Below are positions 24,565-31,590 of a stretch of 64,000 nt of DNA, piece by piece; within the stretch, counting starts at the first letter, position 1; each line of letters begins with the position of its first letter. The stretch is taken from assembly GCA_964625235.1 (NCBI GenBank), contig CAZVAZ010000001.1, positions 857 to 64,856 on the forward strand. The letters run 5' to 3'. This DNA is from an uncultured Hyphomicrobiales bacterium. Its GTDB lineage: Bacteria > Pseudomonadota > Alphaproteobacteria > Rhizobiales > JAJFHR01. A program made the position numbers and the translations under genes. The notes beneath the pieces are model-generated. The model had not been told where the DNA came from. It was given only the letters and a program-made list of their open reading frames with translations, and made no database searches.

Positions 24565-26318
24565 GCCGGTTTTTCCTGCCTGGTTTCACCCAGCCTGGAA
24601 AGCCAGAAGACGAAAACCATAATTGCCATGAAACTCAACGTGATGATCGTGATTGTATTGCCGGCTTCTCCAATTGTGGGAATATAGGCTTCAGGGGATT
24701 TGTCTTTCATGATGGTGTAAACATGCCAGTTGGTGCGAAGGCTTGAGCGGATATACCCCATCAAACCCATCAGCCAGGTGAAGGCCACCGGCAGGACGAA
24801 CAAAGCATATTGCGAACGCTCGGGCATGCGGCCCCAATGTACCTTGGTGGTTTTGGCACCCCGTAACATAAAGACGTCAATGACGACGGCAAAAATGATG
24901 ATCGACAGTGTGGTTATCACCTGAGGAACCGAAGCGCCTACTTTATAGACTGTCGGCGTGAGATAGCCGTAGATGCCCGCTGCAATAATATTGGCACAAC
25001 CAATCACGTAAAGTGCGATGATCACCATGTTTCCCTGCCTGGCCCAGGAGACGGTGGGTATGCGGCTGGAGCGATAGAACATCTGAAACGACAGAAAGGT
25101 AAAAACCAGCATCAGATTCACAGCTGTATTCTTGGCAGGCATAATACCAAGTGGCCCCAGAAACTTGTGGCCAACCCCGCCCAGCTGGCGGATTTCCTCA
25201 GTGGTCAAAATGAGTGAGTTCGGTGTCACCCAGACTAAAAACCCGATGACAATGACAGCGGCTATATATTTGACATATTTGGCGTATTCAGCGCCACGGT
25301 CGGTGCGCATCAGACCGCACCACAGATAGTAGTTGGCGGCGAGCACGATGGTGCCGATAAGCACCGCCTGAATGATAAACAACCAGGCCAGGATGCCGCC
25401 CATGGCGGTAATGCCCATCTGCTGCGAATAGGCATAGACTTCGGCCATGAGCCAGTATCCGGCAAAAGGCAGGGGCAGAAAACCGGCGACGGCGATGAAA
25501 TTTGAGGTGTAACCCATCCAGTCATAATGGGCTTTGAGTTCCTTGTTCTTCTCAGCCAGGAACATATAGGCGGCATATCCTCCGACAATGGCTCCGCCAT
25601 AAGCGATATTGGCTAAAAATCGATGCAGATTAACCGGGTTCCACAAGGGATTGCGGGTGGCTTCCCATACGCTGCCAACCACGGCACCTGTGGCGGGATC
25701 AACCCCGGCGGGCGACATCATGAACGTTGCCCAGGCGTTGGCCACAAACATCAATGTCAGCCCGACGGTATTGAGCACAAGACCGATAGACATATGACAC
25801 CACTTGGCGTTGCCGTAACGCAAGGCTTTCCAGGAATAATAATAAAGGTAAAGCGTCACCGATTCCAAAAGAAACAGCAGGGCGTAAAGAAGCATCTGAC
25901 CTTTAAAAACCTTCATCAGATACCCCATCAGATGGGGATAAAGTACAAACAATCCCAGCGCCAGAGAGCCGCCAAACAGGGCCGTCAGTGAATAGGCCGA
26001 CATGGTGATTCTCATGAATTCGTATGCCATGTTATCATAGCGTTCATCACCGGTCACATGGCCCAGAAACTCCATTGAAATTGCAAATAACGGCACAGCG
26101 AGCACGAAGGCTGCCAGGAATAAATGCATTTGCGCCAGACCCCAGACCAAGGTGCGCGAGTTAATGCCGGCTATTTTGGGGTAATCTGCCCGGCCGGGTC
26201 TGGGAGCGCCTGCTGCAACGTCGCCCGCATCGGTTGCCGCAAGCACAAGTTCTGGAAACAGAACCAGCAAGGCCACAGCAAGGAGGATGAAGAGACTTGA
26301 AAAATTTCTAAAGTTCAT
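24561..26318 (-). CDS. Cytochrome bd subunit-I-like (CydA-like) polytopic membrane protein; no CydB partner and no recognisable Q-loop
   Basis: Collinear CydA landmarks: LAQMHLFLAAFVLAVPL (His19 region), FLLESVTLYLYYYSW (FFLES region), MFVANAWATFM (VANGWMQ region), NLHRFLANIAYGG (His186 region). 585 aa, strongly hydrophobic throughout. Confidence 0.75.
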   Translation of the reverse strand: MNFRNFSSLFILLAVALLVLFPELVLAATDAGDVAAGAPRPGRADYPKIAGINSRTLVWGLAQMHLFLAAFVLAVPLFAISMEFLGHVTGDERYDNMAYEFMRITMSAYSLTALFGGSLALGLFVLYPHLMGYLMKVFKGQMLLYALLFLLESVTLYLYYYSWKALRYGNAKWCHMSIGLVLNTVGLTLMFVANAWATFMMSPAGVDPATGAVVGSVWEATRNPLWNPVNLHRFLANIAYGGAIVGGYAAYMFLAEKNKELKAHYDWMGYTSNFIAVAGFLPLPFAGYWLMAEVYAYSQQMGITAMGGILAWLFIIQAVLIGTIVLAANYYLWCGLMRTDRGAEYAKYVKYIAAVIVIGFLVWVTPNSLILTTEEIRQLGGVGHKFLGPLGIMPAKNTAVNLMLVFTFLSFQMFYRSSRIPTVSWARQGNMVIIALYVIGCANIIAAGIYGYLTPTVYKVGASVPQVITTLSIIIFAVVIDVFMLRGAKTTKVHWGRMPERSQYALFVLPVAFTWLMGLMGYIRSSLRTNWHVYTIMKDKSPEAYIPTIGEAGNTITIITLSFMAIMVFVFWLSRLGETRQEKPA

Positions 26319-26324
26319 AAGAGG

Positions 26325-26453
26325 CTACCGTGGCATCAGGTTGAATTTTACCGGCAGGCCCTGGGCCTCCATGATCATCCAGTCCATGGTGTGAAAATAA
26401 GCTGTCCACACAATCAGGGCGGCAATTAACACCACCCATTTATTTGAAAACAT
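26325..26453 (-). CDS. 42-aa single-pass membrane mini-protein (possible small subunit of the bd-like complex)
   Basis: MFSNKWVVLIAALIVWTAYFHTMDWMIMEAQGLPVKFNLMPR. SD GAGGGA upstream of ATG 26453. Ends 7 nt before the CydA-like start. Confidence 0.5.
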   Translation of the reverse strand: MFSNKWVVLIAALIVWTAYFHTMDWMIMEAQGLPVKFNLMPR

Positions 26454-26481
26454 GCTTTCCCTCTTTCTGTTTCCGCCACGC

Positions 26482-26604
26482 TCAATGGGTGGATACAACC
26501 CCATGGTCATAGATCAACAGCCACCAGAAAAAGACCAGCATGGCAATGGTAGTGAGTGCAAATATCGTTTTGCCAATTACTTCGCTGTTTTCATTTGACG
26601 CCAT
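26482..26604 (-). CDS. 40-aa single-pass membrane mini-protein, first gene of the unit
   Basis: Manual translation: MASNENSEVIGKTIFALTTIAMLVFFWWLLIYDHGVVSTH. Below the track cutoff. Positioned between the FNR box and the next mini-ORF. Confidence 0.45.
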   Translation of the reverse strand: MASNENSEVIGKTIFALTTIAMLVFFWWLLIYDHGVVSTH

Positions 26605-26672
26605 AGCAGTGCCGTTTCCCAAAACTGTTTTTCCTAGTGAGGGGAAGTATGCTTGTTGATGATGTTTTGTAA

Positions 26673-26686
26673 TTGACCAAGATCAA
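26673..26686. promoter_or_regulatory. FNR-type box TTGACCAAGATCAA upstream of the bd-like/cytochrome c operon
   Basis: TTGAC-N4-ATCAA, centred about 75 nt upstream of ATG 26604. Confidence 0.6.
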
Positions 26687-26703
26687 TAAGGCGAAATTGG
26701 TTT

Positions 26704-27003
26704 TCAACGGCCAATGCAGGTTTGAATAAGATGAATGCGTAACCGCTCCATATATGCAGTAACGTTCTCATCGCTTTGTTGAGGGACAAGAAAAATCAGT
26801 TTTGCAGCGACAATGAAAGGTCGCTTGCTGGCCTGTCCAACAGGTTCGCCCGTTGTCAAAATGATACCAACCCGCTCAATCACCCCGGTTTGATCGGTGC
26901 AGTATCGTGGTATTGCCGAGCGTTCGGCATATTGTTCTGCGGCTGAGAACACCAGCAGTAACACTGCTGTTGTCACAGCAAATACCAGCAAGATTTTCTT
27001 CAT
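26704..27003 (-). CDS. Hypothetical small membrane-anchored or secreted protein
   Basis: MKKILLVFAVTTAVLLLVFSAAEQ... N-terminal hydrophobic anchor. No recognisable family. The track start 27060 would run into the IS fragment. Confidence 0.45.
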   Translation of the reverse strand: MKKILLVFAVTTAVLLLVFSAAEQYAERSAIPRYCTDQTGVIERVGIILTTGEPVGQASKRPFIVAAKLIFLVPQQSDENVTAYMERLRIHLIQTCIGR

Positions 27004-27044
27004 TTTCGATTTACTTTGAGTTTCAATTTGTGATCTGGTTCCAT

Positions 27045-27150
27045 TGTCCTGGGCATCCATTTTCGCCGCCGATTATTCAACATGCCATTTGGTTGTATTT
27101 CAAGCTTCCACTCAGCTATCGGGATGTGGAAGATTTGCTGGCGAAACAAT
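27045..27150 (+). mobile_element. Remnant of an IS6-family transposase gene (N-terminal ~35 codons only)
   Basis: Translation PGHPFSPPIIQHAIWLYFKLPLSYRDVEDLLAKQ parallels the IS26-type N-terminus KGRHFQRDIILWAVRWYCKYGISYRELQEMLAERG. The similarity then stops and no intact ORF follows. Confidence 0.6.
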
Positions 27151-27188
27151 GTGACAGTACCCTGACGAAACAACAACCAAAAGCTCAA

Positions 27189-27986
27189 CTATCCACCAGG
27201 CGAAATCATGCGTGCCGTTTCCATGACCAATGGGGCAATTTTAGCTGCCATGTCTTTTCTTGAAAATTTGCTTCTGGAACAAGCTGCGGTGATAGTGGCT
27301 ACGACATCGCCAGCGCCGTTAAAGACAGGCGCGGCGAGATTGATATCACCCATAAGGATTTCCTGATCGGTGACGCAATACCCTTGCGAGCGGACAATTT
27401 CGAGTTCATTCATGATGGCGCTGGTATCGGTGATTGTCATTGGTGTGATTTTTTTTCGATCACAGCGTTTGATTATCGCCAGAGCTTTTTCCTCTTTGAG
27501 ATAGGCAAGGAGAACCCGGCCGGTGGTTGAGCAGAACAATGGAACCCGAAACCCCGGATGGGCCGTTCGAAACGCTGCCTGGTTACTCAGCAAAGGTATC
27601 AGATACATAGCGCTTAATCCGTGCCGGCAGCCAAGGCCGATACGGGCGTTGAGTTGACGGCGCAGCTCAACAATATGTGGCATGGCCTTGCTGACCAATG
27701 GGTCGACATGCAAAAAACTGTTGGCGCTCTCCAGAACCCGGCGCGAAAGCATGTAGCGCCGCGATGACGCATCCTTTTCAAGGTATCCCAGGCGGTGAAG
27801 TGTATGCGTGAACCGCTGGGCTGCGCTCTTGTTAAGGCCAGTGCGTTTGATAATTTCCACTAACCCCAAATCGCGTCTGTCAGCATCAAATGCCTCCAGC
27901 ACCCTGAATGCTTTTTCAACAGATTCGACAAAAAGCTGGTCGTCGTTTTTTTTGGTGTTTTTCACCACTTCCACGGCATCGTTCAT
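27189..27986 (-). CDS. IclR-family transcriptional regulator
   Basis: N-terminal wHTH SVEKAFRVLEAF...LGLVEIIKRTGLNKSAAQRFTHTLHRLGYL and an IclR-type effector domain. Divergent from the ABC importer. Confidence 0.9.
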   Translation of the reverse strand: MNDAVEVVKNTKKNDDQLFVESVEKAFRVLEAFDADRRDLGLVEIIKRTGLNKSAAQRFTHTLHRLGYLEKDASSRRYMLSRRVLESANSFLHVDPLVSKAMPHIVELRRQLNARIGLGCRHGLSAMYLIPLLSNQAAFRTAHPGFRVPLFCSTTGRVLLAYLKEEKALAIIKRCDRKKITPMTITDTSAIMNELEIVRSQGYCVTDQEILMGDINLAAPVFNGAGDVVATITAACSRSKFSRKDMAAKIAPLVMETARMISPGG

Positions 27987-28096
27987 TCTGTTCCAATTTT
28001 GTGAGTTTATCCCGACCGCGGCAGCAGACCATTGAAGCTATCACAGTAAAATCTTGACAGTACAAAAAATAATACGCATATTAAATTATCAATATA

Positions 28097-28117
28097 AAGT
28101 ATTACATAACGATACTT
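28097..28117. promoter_or_regulatory. Inverted repeat AAGTAT-N9-ATACTT in the IclR/ABC divergent promoter region (candidate operator)
   Basis: Perfect 6-bp arms located 21 nt upstream of ATG 28138. The assignment to IclR is inference only. Confidence 0.3.
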
Positions 28118-28137
28118 AATGTCAATGGGAGATAAAA

Positions 28138-29658
28138 ATGAATTATTTGAAATACACTTTGACGGGCGCGGTGCTGTTAGGCCTGGCAGTGCTGCCGGAG
28201 CCTGCCCAGGCAGGAAAAGCGGATGACACCCTGAATATCGGCCTTGCACGCGAACTGCAAAATATGGATTCCTATTTCAATACGGATCGGATTGGCATCA
28301 TTTTCGCACGCCACATATGGGATAGCCTGCTGTATCGCGACCCGGTCGATTTCAGCTACAAACCGGCACTTGCCAAATCCTATAAGTGGATTGATGAACT
28401 GACGCTGGAATTCGAACTGCGCAAGGGCATCAAATTTCACAATGGCGAGGTATTTGACGCGGATGATGTTGTCTATACCTTCAACTTCATTTCCAACCCG
28501 GAAAACAAGGTACTGAACCAGCGCAATGTGAACTGGATCAAGAATGCCGAGAAGATTGACGCCTACCGGGTGCGCATCAATCTCAAAAAAACGTTTCCAG
28601 CGGCACTCGATTTCATCGCCGGACCTCTGCCGATTTACCCGAATGAATATTATGCCAAAGTTGGTCCGGAGGGCATGAACAAAAACCCGATTGGCACGGG
28701 GCCATATCGTGTCACCAGTGTGGAGCCGGGCAAGAAAATTGTATTCGAAAAGAATTCTTCTTATTATGCCCAGAGCCCCAAGGGACAACCAGACATCGGC
28801 AAACTGGTATTCCGTATCATCCCGGATGCCAATACTCTGGTGGCGGAATTGATGACAGAGGGTATAGACTGGTTGTGGCAGCTGTCACGCGATCAGGGTG
28901 AAAACCTGAAAGCCAATCCAAACCTGACTGTGACCGGTGGCGGGACCATGCGTATCGGGTATTTGCAAATGGATGCGGCGGGCCGTTCCGGTGATCATCC
29001 ATTAAAGGATGTACGTGTACGCCGCGCGATTGCCCATGCAATCAACCGCCAGGCTGTGGTTGACAATCTCTTGCCCGAGGGTGCCAATGTTGTTGATGCA
29101 GCTTGTTATCCCACGCAGGTTGGCTGCATCAGCGATGTGCCGACTTATGAATACAGCCCGGAGAAGGCCAGGGCACTGTTGGCCGAAGCCGGTTATCCCG
29201 ATGGTTTCACAGTCCCGCTTGACGCCTATCGCGACCGGAGTTTCGCAGAATCGATGATTGGCGATTTGCGTGCTGTCGGCATTAAGGCGGTAATGAAGTT
29301 TAATAAGTATGCGCCCACCCGTGACAATGTGGTTGGCGGCAAATCTACAATCAACTTCATGACCTGGGGATCGTATTCGATCAATGATATTTCGGCGATT
29401 ACCAGCCATTTCTTCAAAAAAGGACCAAATGACATTGCACGCGATGACGATGTGGCAAACTGGCTGGAAATGGGCGACACCTCTGTTGATCCAGCGGTTC
29501 GGACCGAGAATTACTCAAAGGCGCTAAAGAAGATTGCGGATCAGGCCTATTGGCTCTCTTTGTGGAACTACGCCTATATCTATGCGTTCAGCAAGGATCT
29601 CGATTTCACACCGGCGGCAGACGAGATTCCCCGGTTCTTCACGGCGCGTTGGAAGTAG
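28138..29658 (+). CDS. ABC transporter substrate-binding protein, family 5 (peptide/opine/nickel type)
   Basis: Signal peptide, 506 aa, and typical SBP_bac_5 segments (LARELQNMD, YKPALAKSYKWIDELTLEFELRKGIKFHNGE, GTGPYRV). Confidence 0.9.
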   Translation: MNYLKYTLTGAVLLGLAVLPEPAQAGKADDTLNIGLARELQNMDSYFNTDRIGIIFARHIWDSLLYRDPVDFSYKPALAKSYKWIDELTLEFELRKGIKFHNGEVFDADDVVYTFNFISNPENKVLNQRNVNWIKNAEKIDAYRVRINLKKTFPAALDFIAGPLPIYPNEYYAKVGPEGMNKNPIGTGPYRVTSVEPGKKIVFEKNSSYYAQSPKGQPDIGKLVFRIIPDANTLVAELMTEGIDWLWQLSRDQGENLKANPNLTVTGGGTMRIGYLQMDAAGRSGDHPLKDVRVRRAIAHAINRQAVVDNLLPEGANVVDAACYPTQVGCISDVPTYEYSPEKARALLAEAGYPDGFTVPLDAYRDRSFAESMIGDLRAVGIKAVMKFNKYAPTRDNVVGGKSTINFMTWGSYSINDISAITSHFFKKGPNDIARDDDVANWLEMGDTSVDPAVRTENYSKALKKIADQAYWLSLWNYAYIYAFSKDLDFTPAADEIPRFFTARWK

Positions 29659-29703
29659 ACCTTCTCCCTGGCGCGTTAATTGTCACATGCCACGCGCGGA
29701 TTT

Positions 29704-29731
29704 GGGGCTCCAGAACTGGAGCCCCATTTTT
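29704..29731 (+). terminator. Strong stem-loop with T-run after the binding-protein gene (intra-operon attenuator/terminator)
   Basis: GGGGCTCCAG-AA-CTGGAGCCCC, perfect 10-bp arms, followed by ATTTTT. Confidence 0.75.
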
Positions 29732-29754
29732 CTACCTATAATAAGGAACTGGAT

Positions 29755-30672
29755 ATGCTTGCGTTCACAATGAAGCGTCTTGGAATAGCATTGCTGGTTG
29801 CGTTCACCGTGTCGATCATCAGTTTCAGCCTGGTCCGCATGACAGGTGATGTCGCCACCGCGATTGCCGGAGAAGGTGCTACGGAAGCCGACATCAAAAA
29901 CATCACCCAGTTATATGGACTTGATCGGCCTTTGGTCGTGCAATACCTGGAATGGGCTGGAAAAATCGTGCGTGGTGATCTGGGAGATTCGTTGTTCTTT
30001 CGGCGCCCGGTAGCGGAATTGATGGCGGAAAAACTTCCGATCACCTTGACGCTTGGATTATTCGCGCTCGGATTTGCCATTTTGCTTGCTGTCCCATTGG
30101 GCGTATTGGCGGCGGTACGTCCCAACAGCCTGTTTGACCGTATCAGCCTGTTTATCGCCGTAATGGGCCAGGCAATGCCGACATTCTGGTTTTCTCTTGT
30201 AATGATGATATTTTTCGGGGTCACATTGCGATGGTTGCCTGTATCGGGTACTGGCACGCTGGCGCATTTTGTCATGCCGGCCATCGCGCTTGGCTATCAT
30301 GCCACGCCTGCGATTATGCGGCTGACACGTGCGGGCATGCTGGATGTGCTCTCGTCCGACTATATTCGGACCGCCAGGGCCAAGGGGCTGGATACCCACG
30401 TCATCTTGTTTAAACACGCGCTGCGCAATGCGGTAATACCGGTGGTGGCACTCGCCGCTGTGCAACTGGGTTTTATGCTTGGCGGCTCGATTATTGTCGA
30501 ATCCATATTCTCCATTCAAGGCGTTGGGCATCTGGCGCTACTGTCGATTGAACGCGCTGATTTTCCTGTCGTTCAAGGGATCGTACTGGTGCTGGCGGTG
30601 CTTTACATCCTTCTCACATTGTTGGCCGATCTATTGAATGGCTGGCTCGATCCACGCATCCGGCTTGCTTGA
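29755..30672 (+). CDS. ABC transporter permease (DppB/OppB type)
   Basis: MLAFTMKRLGIALLVAF... typical N-terminus, with SD AAGGAA upstream. BPD_transp_1 core YIRTARAKGL. The track start 29680 is upstream of the terminator hairpin. Confidence 0.9.
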   Translation: MLAFTMKRLGIALLVAFTVSIISFSLVRMTGDVATAIAGEGATEADIKNITQLYGLDRPLVVQYLEWAGKIVRGDLGDSLFFRRPVAELMAEKLPITLTLGLFALGFAILLAVPLGVLAAVRPNSLFDRISLFIAVMGQAMPTFWFSLVMMIFFGVTLRWLPVSGTGTLAHFVMPAIALGYHATPAIMRLTRAGMLDVLSSDYIRTARAKGLDTHVILFKHALRNAVIPVVALAAVQLGFMLGGSIIVESIFSIQGVGHLALLSIERADFPVVQGIVLVLAVLYILLTLLADLLNGWLDPRIRLA

Positions 30673-30683
30673 GGATTATAATC

Positions 30684-31589
30684 ATGACATCAAAGACCAC
30701 CATACAAAATCCATCAACACCAAATCTGCGGCCAACGCCGCGCCAGCAGATGATTGCCCGGATCAAAACGCATTACAGCCTTCAGTTTGGTGCAGCGGTC
30801 CTGATTTTTATCATTCTAATGGCGGTTTTCGCGCCCCTCTTGGCGCCGCATGATCCCTATGCCCAGGATCTTTCCAACAGACTGATCGACCCTATCTGGG
30901 GTTCCACTGGCACCTGGGTGCATCCTTTGGGAACGGATTCACTGGGCCGTGATTATTTGAGCAGATTGATGTACGGGTCGCGTATCGCGCTCTTGATCGG
31001 GTTTTCCGCCATGTTGATTTCCGGTGTGATAGGGACGGTACTAGGGGTGTCTGCCGGTTATTTCGGCGGTCGGGTTGATACCGTGATCAGCTTTTTCATT
31101 CTCAACAGGCTGTCATTACCGGTCACACTGGTGGCGCTCGCGGTTGTTTCCGTGATTGGAAGTTCCTTAATTGTTGTGGTGACGGTGCTTGGATTGCTGA
31201 TCTGGGACCGTTTTGCCGTTGTGTTGCGCGCCGCCACGCTGCAGGTGCGCAACATGGAGTATGTTGCTGCAGCCGAGGTTTTGGGCGCAAGTACACCACG
31301 CATTATTTTTAAAGACATCCTGCCCAATATCAGTAATCACCTGATCGTTGTGGCAACCCTTGAAATGGCCCATGCCATTCTGCTTGAGGCGGCTTTGTCG
31401 TTTTTGGGAATGGGCGTACAGCCACCGCTTCCATCGTGGGGGCTGATGGTATCGGAAGGTCGTGATTTCATGTTTTTCAAGGCCTGGATGATTACGGTAC
31501 CAGGCGCGGCCCTGTTCCTTCTCGTATTGGCAATCAACCTGCTCGGAGACGGCATTCGTGACGTTACGACACCGGAGGGGAGGAATTAG
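30684..31589 (+). CDS. ABC transporter permease (DppC/OppC type)
   Basis: LLAPHDPY and LGTDSLGRDYLSRLMYGSR motifs, plus YVAAAEVLGAS. ATG 30684 follows GAGGA; the track start 30669 is a TTG. Confidence 0.9.
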   Translation: MTSKTTIQNPSTPNLRPTPRQQMIARIKTHYSLQFGAAVLIFIILMAVFAPLLAPHDPYAQDLSNRLIDPIWGSTGTWVHPLGTDSLGRDYLSRLMYGSRIALLIGFSAMLISGVIGTVLGVSAGYFGGRVDTVISFFILNRLSLPVTLVALAVVSVIGSSLIVVVTVLGLLIWDRFAVVLRAATLQVRNMEYVAAAEVLGASTPRIIFKDILPNISNHLIVVATLEMAHAILLEAALSFLGMGVQPPLPSWGLMVSEGRDFMFFKAWMITVPGAALFLLVLAINLLGDGIRDVTTPEGRN

Positions 31590-31590
31590 A

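Noticed and set aside
24561-26318. Canonical cydAB quinol oxidase
   Set aside because: No cydB gene follows and no Q-loop-like hydrophilic insert is visible. The neighbours are c-type cytochromes, so I call it only CydA-like.
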